DNA from: Hydrolagus affinis
Lineage: Eukaryota
Direction of reading: 5' to 3'
DNA: 64,000 nt
Assembly: GCA_012026655.1 (NCBI GenBank)
Contig: JAAILG010000293.1
Location: 1 to 64,000 of the forward strand
A program made the position numbers and the translations under genes. Under the pieces are notes generated by a model. That model had not been told where the DNA came from, did not search any database, and saw nothing but the letters and a program-made list of their open reading frames with translations. This document shows positions 51,930 through 64,000 of the stretch, one piece after another (positions within the stretch are counted from its first letter, which is position 1; the number at the start of each line of letters is the position of its first letter).

Positions 51930-52565
51930 TTTAAAGCCCTCCATGGCCTCGCCCCGCTTTACATCCGTGATCTTCTAACCCCTGACCCACCTGCCCCACC
52001 ATTGCCGGGTGAGCCTTTAGCCGCTCTGGCCCCAACCTCTGAAACTCCATCCCACAGTCCCTCCACCTCGCCCCCCCGCCCCCGGTCTCCTTCAAGTTCC
52101 GCTCCTCTTCGATGGTCCCATCGGCTACTCCTAATACTTCTGTTCCTCCCCCACCTGTCCCCAGCCTGGGTCTGAAATAATGGTAATAATAATAATCCTT
52201 GCATTTCATGTAGCGCATTTCACATCTTGTCGACGTGGTAAAGCGTTTCACAGAATATATTGTATATTTGCGGGTGAAATGCGCCAGCCAATTGCGCAAG
52301 GCAGTGTCCCACAAACAGTCGTGGATTCAAAATGACCAATTATTATTCTTGTTTTTTTTGGGGACGGATTATAATTAGGCATGTGGAGTAAGGAAACTTG
52401 CCCAAGGTTTCGCCCTGATTTGCCTGGATTTGAACACAGGTCTCACACTTGTAAGGCGAGTGCTCTCACCACTGAGCTGCAGGAGCTCCACAATGACTGC
52501 CTAGCGCCTTGGGACATCCTCCTGACATGAAAGGTGCTATACAAATGCAATTTTGGTGTTGTTGT
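51930..52565 (+). mobile_element. L2 3' end interrupted by a SINE
   Basis: FKALHGLAPLYIRDLLTP..RAFSRSGPNL*NSIP; the 3'UTR resumes at 52491 and ends in the L2 tail and (GTT)n. Confidence 0.85.
52177..52489 (-). mobile_element. Young Deu-SINE, near full length, nested in L2 3'UTR
   Basis: Colinear with 1-341; shares the GGAGCTCC start variant. Confidence 0.9.
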
Positions 52566-53954
52566 TTTTTAATAAGTGTCTGTTTGATGAAAATGATACT
52601 AATAATAATCCTTCCATTTGATACAGCGCCTCGTCACGTCTTTTCTTGTACTTTGGTAGTGCATCCACCAGATGCTTTTATTTTTGCATTGGTATTTAAG
52701 TTGAGCTATTCAATCATAACCTTTACAAAGCACCCAACAAGTCATCATGCCCTCTCAACCTTAAAATACTCTTCAATTCAAAAACAAAACAAACAAAAAA
52801 GCCTGAAAAAGACTTTTATTGAGAATAGGCAAACAAGAGAAACATGTTTCATTCTAGCTGCTTATCCTGCGGTTGAAAATTGAAAAAATGGTTTAACCAC
52901 AAAGTTTAGAAGGGAATAGTATTAAAACATGGCAGCTTGAATTAAGCTACTCCTTCATAATAGTGAGCCTTCGAAGCAAAGAAAAAATGCTATTTTCTTT
53001 AGTCCATTGGCTATCTTTCTTCTTTAAGTGACCTTACTTTCTGCCATATTTTTCAGAAAACCATATTTGCAGGGATCGCCCTGACAGTGTGTGATGGACA
53101 GCCCACATTATACAATTGAACTGGAGATGAAAAATGGCACTTTTACTCCAGCTGTGAGCAGCTCATTCCCACCGGCTCCAGAGATATTACCAGCCAATAC
53201 GATGTATGTGTATATTTACCAGTTGCAGTTTATCTACCAGAACCAAGATATTAATGTGCACAAAACTGAATTACATACTGAATTTAGGTTGTCCAGCTCA
53301 GCATTTTGCCAAGCCCATCTAGCTGGACCCTTTTTATATGTATTGTAAATTTGATTCTGGCCTGACATATTGCCTACTGCACTGATCAATAACTTATTTT
53401 TTTGTTGCAACAAAAACAACTTTTTATCTACGTCCAGTGGTCATCTGAATATAGGCAGCAACAACTGAACTGAAACACCCTAAGGCTCTCCGTTGCACAT
53501 GTATTACTGGCAAAAATAAACTGTTCCCTTGTTAAATTCATCCCAAATTTTGTAAATTGCATGTGAAGGCTAACTGTTGGCACAACTACATTTCATTACT
53601 TTGCTGTGGAGGTGGATTGAATTGCATACACTTTGTACATTTATGTTTGACAGCTTCTCTGTAGATTTAAATGTTTGAAATATTTTGGAGGACTTGTGGT
53701 GTATCTACTTTTTCAAGGTTAGTTATACTTGGTAAATTGGATTATTTCCATGTTAGGATCCAGTATCTATATCTTACATTCTGAAGTGAGGATGAAAATC
53801 TCCCTTTATCCTAGAATTTCCACCATCTGCAATAAAAATAACTGTTCCCAGTGACAGCAGAACCAGTTGGACAAGAGTAGACTTCCCTCTTCACCTAGTC
53901 CGTCTCCCAGAGCATTTCTTCCTTTACCCAGGTTTGCCATTTTCCCTCTTCGCA

Positions 53955-54102
53955 ATGGGACACTGCTTTGCACAATTGGCTGCCCTGTTTCGCCCACAAA
54001 TGTACAATCAATTCACTTTACAGAATATTCTGTGATGCGCTTTGAGACGTCTCAAAGACATGAAAACCGCTATATCAAATAAGAGGATGAATATTATTAT
54101 TA
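53955..54102 (+). mobile_element. Young SINE 3' half
   Basis: GGGACACTGCTTTGCACAATTGGCTGCC through the (ATT)n tail. Confidence 0.85.
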
Positions 54103-55147
54103 TGAATCAAGGGAGTACAGTACATGCAAATTACACATGTGGAGTTTTACAGCTTCAAACAAAGAGCTGAAATTGATTATTTTGTGTCATGCACATACCA
54201 CTTGTCTGGGGGGAAATTCTTGATGTTTGGAACAGAGGACTTTGCAATAGTGTGTTTGTTAGTGTGTTACAATAATAAATAACATTTTGAAAACACTTTT
54301 AAAAATCATCTAAAAAACAACATTTTTTTAGAAAGCACTCCAAGATGTAATGTCACACTTAATACTGTATATAAAAGTCTATTATCATAACCTCAGTTGA
54401 CCAACTTAATTGTTCTCCTGTTAAATTATTCTGTTTTGTCTTTGACTCCTGAACTGTAGTCACCCTCATCATCATTGTTAGACCTCATTTGGTCTCTCAT
54501 TGATTGGTCCAGATCTGCTGCAAAAGGGAAGTGATATTATTGCCGTTTCTGCAAAGGCCTTTAAGCCACTAAAACAGTAGCAAATCTGTCAAACCAAGGT
54601 CACTGCTTACAGTTCTGATTGATAATGTTATTTTGATGGCTAATCTTTCTTCAATACCTCAGTCACTTGAGGCTCGCACAGACTGCTGGACAGCACAGCC
54701 AAAGGAGATGTATGCATTTTTAAACAACCTTGTTTGAGATTTAAAAAAAAGTGTCAGACCTCCTGGGGAAAACATTTAAAAAGATAAAAGTGAGTAAAAT
54801 AACATTTAATTTCAGGATAATGATTTTTTCCTTTAAAAATTAGTTGGGGATGGTTTGAAAATTAAGGTGACAGCTAAGGTTTGAAGATGTTAAGCTAATC
54901 TTCAGACCCTAAAGCTAAAGTGTCCAAAAATAAAATGAGATGAGGTTGGATTAAAGAAATTATAGGAAAGAAGGTGAAATTTCAAAATACTAACTATGTA
55001 TATCAACTTAATGTTCAGAACCACTGAATTCTTAAGAAACAACAACCAACCAGCTGTATCTATGTGCGAAATATTGGTGGTTGGAAATGATTAATTTCCT
55101 TACATTGTTGTTTTTGGTCAGGTATACTTACCCTCCACAATAGAGCA

Positions 55148-55235
55148 TTTCTGATGAAGACAAATTTATTAACCTACTTTCAGATGTTGATGGATTTGCT
55201 GTTAATTCCCAGAATGTTAATGATTTTCAGATTCC
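55148..55235 (+). mobile_element. Decayed PLE pseudo-LTR fragment
   Basis: TTCTGATGAAG..CAGATGTTGATGGATTTGCTG..TTCCCAG..TTTCAGATTCC is colinear with the 19573 unit. Confidence 0.4.
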
Positions 55236-55262
55236 GAATGCGTTCAGTTCAGTGAGGATTAT

Positions 55263-55365
55263 ATAATAATAATCCTTGCATTTGAATTTGCGCCTTTTCA
55301 CATCACCAAGATGTATCGAAGCACATCACAGGAATGTGCTGTAATGTTGTGTGACTGTGTACTTT
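55263..55365 (-). mobile_element. SINE 3' tail fragment
   Basis: ATAATAATCCTTGCATTTGAATTTGCGCCTTTTCACATC. Confidence 0.7.
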
Positions 55366-58300
55366 GCTTTCATACATTTAGTGAAGGTTGAACAATCAAA
55401 TTAAAATATTGTAACCAAAACATTGCTTGTTTTTAGTGTATTGTTAACACATTAAATATCTTCGGCAAATTACTGACAGAACTACAAGTATCTGTGTTCA
55501 ATTCCAGTCTCGCCTTAAAATGTATATAGATAGGAAGAGATACAGTTTTGGGCATGAAAATAAAATAGATATTTTCAAATATGGAAAGTCAACAACATAT
55601 ATTAGGACTTCAATAGATGTATTAATTAAACAAATAGATATATTAATTAAACCATTCCATCACTGCATTGGAAGGCTTTGCCCAAAAACAATACTGAAAT
55701 GATTTTGTATTTTTCAAAAGAATGTCACTGCACCGCATTAGTTAAAGATTCCTATCAAATACACTTGCCTTCATAATCACTTAAGACACATGCGATGAAT
55801 AAATGTATACATACCCCAGTATCATAGCTACCAGTTCAATGAAGAAATGTTCAGATAACCTTTCTTGAAGTGTCACTGACTGTATTAAGTGTGACGCTGA
55901 TTCAGCAACTGCATTATTATGAATGCAGTCACTGTTGATTTTAAAAGTTGAGGTCAAAAAAGCCATGTTATTGACTTTCTAGCACAGTAAGCATTATACA
56001 AACAAGGGTCAGCAAAAGTACATAAATAATACTGACATGATTTGTAAAGCCTGCAAAAGGAGAACTATGTTGAATCTGAACAAAAACTATTAAAGTGAAA
56101 ATCAAATCTTTCAATAATGTAACGTGACACTACGGTGTTTAGATCTTTATATCTGTGCCTGCATGTCACTGACCTAACAAATGTCCTATGCAAATACATT
56201 ATATATGCACTAGCTTGCTGAACCAATACTGAGTGTAATCTCATTTATCTTCAGACATTGGCAGCTGAAATGCCAGCAAGGACAACCTCAGTGTGGCTGT
56301 AGTTCAATTCCTGTTTCTTTTGGTGGGCAATTTCGATGACCTTAGAACAGAGACCTGGCAGAAATGTCATTCACTCAATCATAGTTTAAATTAAAGTTGT
56401 GAGCTATTGTGAATCATTGTTTCTCGCTGAACTTACAAACAGATATGAAATATCAGATAAAGCTGCTCACTGGTGCTTATATGTTTAGATTTATATTCTA
56501 TTGACGTGTTCATAGTCTCAAGAGCACTTTTCACTGAAATTCTATTTCTGGCTTCATGCTCCAATTCCTTGCTGTTTATTTTTATTTTCTATAATTCTAA
56601 CATGCAAACGCTCTGAGATGCTAACCCATGAGAAGGGTGGTTTATAAATGCAGGTTGTTGTTGCTGTATCTTTTTTACATAAAGCAACATTTAACAACTC
56701 TAGGAAGATCTTTGTCCATGCAAGAGTTACAATGTAGTTTGTACTGATATGGTTAATTGTATTGGATCTCAATGAGTTCAACCCAGAAATTTTAAACTAA
56801 ATACTGTATTGTGTTTTCTCAATTTAGATTGTTCCATGATTAATATTCATCAGAAGAGTATCAAAGCTTTACTTCCTATCTTACATTCATAATAAATATC
56901 TACAGTATCAACACAAATAGTTGAGTGTTATATCTGCTTAAATGGTAGACTAAAAATATTTTAATTTACACTACCCCAAAACTACCTCTGGACAACTACA
57001 GTATCTGAACTTTTCAGATAATGTGGAAATCTACGCATATAAAGGCGTGTGAGGACTCGATGAGTACACTTTGTGACACTTAAATATTCACCCTTTTAGT
57101 AAGGAGCATTTAAGAAATTGGATAAAATATTGTCAAACAAAAATGCCTGGGAAATAGAGAAAAAATAAGATCCTGAAAATAGTTGCACAAAGACATACAG
57201 ATCAAACACAAACCACATCCTTGCTGTTAACGATATAATCAACCATCCAGGAATATACAGTATATGGAAATGTGTTCCCGGCCCCAGGAGCATCTCTAAC
57301 AGCAATGATCTGAATCTTTAAGTAATAAAAATTAAATATTAAAACTCCTGTAATACCAGCATGGTTGTTTTCAATCGGCTTAAGTATAGTCCAATTTATT
57401 ATGTAAATTTGACTCCAAAGTAAATCTGGAGTGAAATTTAGTTCCATCCTATCAAGTATCATCACATTCATCAAACCACAACTACAGCAGAAACATACCT
57501 CTCCAGCCATGTGTTTCACATCGAGCCAACACACTGTAAATATGGTTCTTAAGTGATACTGAAGTCTGCTTTTGATCTACACGAATTGTCTTCAGACCAC
57601 AGGGAATGCCATTTGGTGACATGACTTGACTTGACAGGTCTTCTTTTATCACTGCAGGATTACTGTAGTTTTTCATTACAAAGAGCTTGACTTCTCCATC
57701 ACAAAGCATTCCTTGCATTTAAATAGATTAGAGATGAGACTAGCAGATGGACCCTAGTAGTCTTTTCTGATCTTGTACCTTTGTACATTACTATAGAAAC
57801 TTAACAATGATGGGAATACTGATATTATGACCATGAGAACCTAGAGGAGACACTGGCACGAGGTTTTCAAGAACTCTTACTTAGCTTTAGAATCTTTACG
57901 ACCATCTCTTTCATTGTTAATGAATGATGGAATTAAATGAAGTCTTAAACATCTAAAGGTATTGGAACTGTCTTATTGATGAACACGCAGAGAGAAAGAG
58001 AAAGGCATTTTCCGGTTCCTGAATGAAAATCGAGAAAATGTATTGGCCAATATTTTGAAATCTTGAGTCTTATTAGAGCAATGATATACGCCAAATTAGA
58101 GCTTCCAGCGTTGAAAACTGCTGTTGGCAAAGGTGTAAATATATATGGCACCAGCTCACGCCAAAATAATTTGAGGCAGGTAATCTCGTGACTCACATTC
58201 CCAAAACTTTCAGCCTCTACCACCAATGGCATGAAGAGTTTTTCCCCATGAGATGCACAAAGAATGTTGTGTCAGTAAAATCTACTCTGCATTCCGTGGA

Positions 58301-58695
58301 GAGCACACAAATATCTGGGTACTCATTTAGGTTGTCTAAGCATTGAAAAACACTTTGCCATCATTTGTGTTGTTCGTGCACTGAGACGAAGGGGACATAT
58401 ATCACATTAAATAGTTCTTATAAAGTAAAACAAACTGTGGAGTTGGCTGAATTCACTGAATGAAGGTCACTATAATATTTTACTTTAATGTTCATTCAAA
58501 ATCTGCACTTCAATCAAGCAGGTTTTGCTGGTGGATACATACAAAATGTGTCTCCTGAAGCTGAAAATATATTGAATCTTGATACAGAATGTGAGCATTT
58601 ATTATCAGCCAGCATTGATCCCAAAACACAGACTTTCTACCATTTATTTTTAGGACAAAGGGCATCCGAACTAGAGGGCATCATTTTAATATTGT

Positions 58696-58908
58696 GGAGT
58701 CTTGTAGCTTAGTGTTAGAGCACTCGCCTGGCAAGAGAGAGACCTGGGTTTGATTCCTAACAGGGTGAAACCTTAGGCAAGTTCTTCACTCTATAAGCCT
58801 GATAATAATCCCTTCAGAAACAAAATTATAAAATTGATCACTTCAATCCACGACTGATTGTGGGACACTGTTGTGTGCAATTAGCTGCCCCGTTTCGCCA
58901 CAAATATG
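58696..58908 (+). mobile_element. Young Deu-SINE lacking its 3' tail
   Basis: Head GGAGTCTTGTAGCTTAGTG..., Deu core, ends at CAAATATGTA. Confidence 0.85.
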
Positions 58909-61900
58909 TAATAAGTAAGTAAATTTTTGAGGTAGATAAGGATTTATTTAAAAAAAGAATAGTTGCCCTGAACAAATTCATATGTCAAGTGGCATAACGT
59001 TTATTGTGGATCCATGGGAAGAATCCAAAGTTCTCTTTCCCTTGGCTACTCTGTTCAATTGGGCATTAGAAATGTTAGTGACCACTGACAAACTATTCAC
59101 CCAGAAAGAGAGGCTAGCTCAAGTCTAGATTTTACATAAAATGACTGCTTCTGATGTGCAACCTTTGTGAAATAATCATTTAATATACACCCAAGGGCCT
59201 AAATGTTATCAATTGACAAGTACTGAGGCTGTCTGCTGAACCAAACAAAAGGGCTGGTCATATGATATCTTAAATAAAGTGTTCTTCACCCAGAACATAC
59301 AAAGCTGTTTCCACCTATCTTTAAATGGAGCAGCAATTAAATCACTTCACTTAATTCTTCGCCTAATATTTTGGCCAGCATAAAAGCAACTGAGAATTTT
59401 GCTTCAACTAACATACACATTTATTTTTATAATTTAGTATAAGGTTTGGTGGTGGGCGATATAAATGGAGAGAATGGGAGTTCAGCTATTTCATTGGTGT
59501 GACACTAATGGAACTTACCAGGATCTGAAACCTATATCTAATTTACAATACACTTCAGTTCCTACTTCAGGGTAAAGTGGACTTCACTTTAGTGATTACC
59601 ACTTGCATTAATCATTCAGTTTATAATATTCAAAGCAGGGTTGGTGCTCAGTGTGCTCTGAATATGCAAATAAACTGCACAAGAATTTTTAATTTTTACA
59701 ATCTTATGTTGGAATTCATCTGGCAATGATTCATTTTGCAAATGGCTGATTTGGTTCCGCTAACCTGTGCTAGACTTTCCAACTCACATTATTACGTTAC
59801 ATGAGGTTCATCATGACATTCCATCTTGTTCTGCACTGCAGGATATCATGAAGTAAAGGTCAGAATATGTTCATGCAGGTGGGGAAAAGGTGAGGGGGAG
59901 GAGGGGAGGAAATAGGAGGAAGGAGAGAAACTTCAAGAAACAGGATGGTCTCCAGTCAATCCCTTTAATAGGACACAGCCTACCTATAAGAGGGTTGAGG
60001 AAGAAAACCAAGGGCATGTAATAAGATTTTTTTTAAAAATGCACACGTAAAAAAAAGTAAAAGCCTGGAGTATTTTGCAATGTTTGAGTTTATCCAAACA
60101 ATACCATGTTAGGCGCTTCTTTAGTTTCTTTTCAAATGTACTTTCATTATTTAAAATGCATGTGACATCAGTGATGTATTAACAATGGGTTAGGACGTAT
60201 ATTCTAATGGTTACAGTACCTATTTCCCCACAAAAGTTAGGCACAACGACAATTTACATTATCCAGCATCTTTCGCGTTAGGAGAATATTTCAAAAAGCT
60301 TTCTACAGTTGACTGGGAGTGCTATTGAGAAGAACTGAGGAGGGCGGTGGGGTTGGGCTGGGAGAGTAGGTAATGATAGAAAATGCAGCTGAAAAAATAG
60401 GTCTCAAGAAAGTCAAAAGTCACAGAATTATTTTTGACAAAGAATGAAATGATTTATCTAAAACAATGCATTTACTACCAGAAAAGACAGAATTATTGTC
60501 TGCATACCATAGATATAAAATAGCTTATATCTTAAGTTAGATTATGAAATAGTGTGCACATTTTAGAAACCAGATTAGTTGTTTATCCCACTACATAGAC
60601 CACAACAAGACTGAAACAATTGCAAAAGACAAAAAAAGCAATTAGGAAATGATCAGTTCAAACTAAAGATTTTATATATTATTGCTATCTTTAATAAAGA
60701 ATATTCTAATATTATCCAACACAAACTGTATATTTGACCACAAGCACAAGAGGCTGTTTTGTACCACAATTTGTTTATAACAGTCAGCAGGAATCTGAAC
60801 AAATGAGTATTCAGGACATTCATTCTCCTCAGTCAATATTTGTCAGATATACTTCCAGCCAGGTAAAGCATTAACAGCTAACCCGATTTACAGTTTATTT
60901 AGATGCAAATTTATATAATAAATTATTTACCCAGTAGTTGTTTTAATAGAAATTGCAATAGATTGTGGGATAAGCTGAATTTCAAATATATGTTAGCATC
61001 TCAGCTTGAAAATGAAAGTGCAGTGGAATCACTATTTGTGTCATAATTCTCAGTATCTTGGAATTTAATCACGCTCTTAATAAACATTTCAGGTAATTGT
61101 TCATTATTCAACATCCTTATCTACAGGTTATGCTTAGTTTTCGCTCTGCACTGTCACATATCATTACATCTCATTCCTTCTCATGTCCACAAGAATGAAT
61201 TAATTACAGTTTTTCTCCCTCAAAGATAAATTGAAATTCCTCAGCAAAATTGGCAAGAAAGTAACCCCTTGAAACCAACCCGTGTGTGAGGGAAGTCATT
61301 CTTTTAGTATGACTGATGACATGGTCGAGTCAGTGATTTAAAGGGTATGTTTGTTGGATCCTCAGGAATCCACAAACTATATATTTCCAGAGAGGCTCCA
61401 GCTAAAATAACATTTAAAAATTAAAAAGGTTACAACCAAATAATAAGACAAAATTATTTGTTTAATGGTTGTAATAAGACAAAAATAAATACATTAATCT
61501 GAAATTCCGAAACAATTGCACATAAAACTATATCCGCAATGGACGGGTGAAAGTCAAACTGGATGCCAGGTTAACCCAATTTATTACAACTGAGATACCT
61601 GATTTTTTTTCTTAATGTTATCCACTTTTTTTCTCCTACACCTTCCCTGCTATGCTGCCTGCTGTCTGCCCATGTTGGCTGGTGTGCACATGCCTGTGAA
61701 CCAAAGCTCACTGAAACTAGGATTCCAACGTGTTGCACTACTTCACCATTAATCTCATCAACCTCAATATTCAAAGAAGGACATAGAAAACAGCAGGGTG
61801 ATTACTATGCTTTTGTGAATGAGCAGTATGGCTTCTAGGATAATCAGTGATACGTTGGAATCTAATATACAGTGATCTTTAATAGAGTTTCTTAAGTACG

Positions 61901-62356
61901 GAACAATTCATGGAAATTCCACTCCAGTGCAATCTACTTCTGGAACAGTGTTCCTATGAGTTGGCCAGATTCTAATTCTAGTTCCCAGGAAGAATCCCTG
62001 CTCAGGTTCCTTATCAAACAAACATGTTAGAAATTGCTGCTCAGTACCACACACGTTATCAGGAGCACGCTGCTCCCTTTTATCCACTTCTGGAGAAGGT
62101 CACATGAATTTTTTTGAAGCTTTGATTCAGAGCTAGAGCTTGAATGAAAATTTTCTGCCCATTTTTCAGTTTGCTTACCTATTTCATTTCCCTCATTTTT
62201 GCCTTTCTTAATCCTATTGCTGAGCTGTTGATTCTTTGCACTCTGTCTGCCTGTGAGTGTGCTGTTGTCAGCCTACACGGCCTGTCAACTGGGCAGAAAT
62301 CGCTAGATTTTGTATGTGTATGTGCGCGTTGTATGCAAATCGGTTTTAATATATCC

Positions 62357-62408
62357 CAAACAACAAAATGACACTTGTATAGCACCTTTCACATCAGGGG
62401 GATGTCAG
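62357..62408 (-). mobile_element. Solo L2 tail
   Basis: CAACAAAATGACACTTGTATAGCACCTTTCACATCAGGGGGATGTC. Confidence 0.7.
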
Positions 62409-64000
62409 AAGAATAATCAAATAATCAGTGCTGAATTTCGATCTTATTAATTCTACCTTGTAGTTGTGGGGCGTTTACTTTCTCATGCTTTTTAATCACT
62501 AGAGCCCTGTTTTCTCTGAAGCAATTCTAAACAATTTCATGTTGCAATGTATTATGTCCACCTTAAAGCTATTTTGATTCCCCATGGAACATATACAGTG
62601 CTATATATTGATCATTCAACCTTACATAATATGTAGATGACAGGGCCACTACATACATATCCAGAGCTGAGAAGAATCATTTGTTCCACTTTGCTGAATG
62701 CTGCTCATGCTGCTCCAGGTGTCAGTGCAGGAGGAAGATCGCTTGTCACCGGTTGACAGCTTATGCTCTGAAGCTTGGATAACCCATCAAGTTTGTTGCT
62801 TCATACATTTGGGGATTCTGCTACCAGCGTATCATTGACAGAGGTCATGCTAGAGGGCCCAAAGTGATCTTCTATAACCTCCACTTCGCTTCAATGACAA
62901 AGCCAGTCAAAGCCACACACATCAGATCTTTAGGTATTCTAATGTCATGGAACTCTGTTCTTTAGCTGGTAAACTTTCTTTTCAGGCGGTCATGAATATG
63001 AAATTATTCAATGACCGATGTGTTGATCAAAATATCACTCACCAGGGGGCTTGTAATATACAGCAATAATCAAAGATAACCTCAAACTGTTTGTTTTAAT
63101 AAAACTTTAATAAAATCATTTGAGCTTGCAGACTGTTTCTGAATGTTAAGAGAATAGTACTTTCAATCTGAGGCACCAGTCCCCAACCTTCTCCAAACCT
63201 TCCATTTGGCACAGCAGCCTGGTACATAAGAACGTTGCTGGTTGTCTAGGCTGTGAAAGTGTCAACTGTGCTATGTAACAGCTCTTAAATTGGAAAATGC
63301 ATCTTTCCTGGTTCTGGAAATCAAGCCCAGTGTCCCAATGCCTCAAAGCTGCAAATATAACCAAATACCCTGATTCCTTAGCAAACATCGGTATATTCCA
63401 GTACACGATCCTCTGCAGTGATAGGGTGGAGGTTTTAGGCTACAAAATCCTAAGCAAAATATTTGCGATTGTGTGAATCCTGAGACAGGTGTTCAGTAAA
63501 GAATAGCGGCTGCTCACAGGAAGGCAAGGAAATCAGCCGCGAGTCACTCTCTGTAAGCAAGCATCTCTTAGAAGGTGACTTATGAACACAAATGGTGTTC
63601 CCCTGAGAGCACATCTGACCAGGGATTGCCAATAATGTAGTGGGATCCAGAAGTAGAAAAGAAAATACAACAAAGGGAATATTTTATCAAGTGTAGAATG
63701 GGAAACAAATCAGTAAAACCCAGCACTTTTGCAATCATTGTTGTCATTGGAGTCTCCAAGAACAGCATGTTCTAACAGCAAGTTCTTTTAAAGTGGGTGA
63801 AGTATACCTCGATAGAATCAAACATTCTGATTCTTAGAGGTATTTCATGTAGAGTGGGGATGATCCAGTCAGACACTGATGGCCTCAACCTTTTGTATCT
63901 TAATTCGTACATTGTTAGGAGGTTTTCTCGCTGGCTGTCGGTGATTTCCATAGTAATGTCTACTTAAGAGCAGTGCATTAACTCATCACTATGACAACTC

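Noticed and set aside
51891-52314. Pro-rich and Gly/Arg-rich ORFs
   Set aside because: Products of the L2 3' fragment and the nested SINE.
25756-55131. Several strong minus-strand GTAAG donor motifs (~25762, 27878, 45562, 49141, 55131)
   Set aside because: No matching acceptor plus open frame could be tied to a recognisable protein; the number is not clearly above chance for AT-rich DNA.
1-64000. CRISPR array, prokaryotic operon or endogenous viral element
   Set aside because: No regularly spaced repeat-spacer array, no long ORFs and no viral motifs; the recurring sequences are dispersed retroposons.

Overview
This is AT-rich, CpG-poor vertebrate DNA that looks intronic or intergenic, with no recognisable intact protein-coding gene. 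The repeat content points to a cartilaginous fish, possibly a chimaera/elephant-shark type; this is inferred from recalled repeat families, not a database search. Four repeat classes dominate: (i) a young ~310-bp tRNA-headed Deu-domain SINE with an (ATT)n tail plus an older, longer Deu-SINE; (ii) 3' fragments of an L2-clade LINE with a (GTT)n tail whose terminal stem-loop is shared with the SINE; (iii) decayed CR1-clade LINE fragments, including a ~3-kb minus-strand relic; (iv) short Penelope-like (PLE) insertions, three flanked by exact 11-15 bp target-site duplications and two of these carrying a degenerate minimal hammerhead-ribozyme motif. The most notable structures are a TSD-flanked, inverted two-hammerhead PLE mini-element with a GIY-YIG C-terminal remnant (19381-19715), an 81-nt near-perfect hairpin (12414-12494), a 44-bp inverted-repeat pair (20131-20746) and an unexplained 52-bp direct repeat. 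The supplied ORFs are repeat-derived or look spurious. I found no convincing novel multi-gene system.
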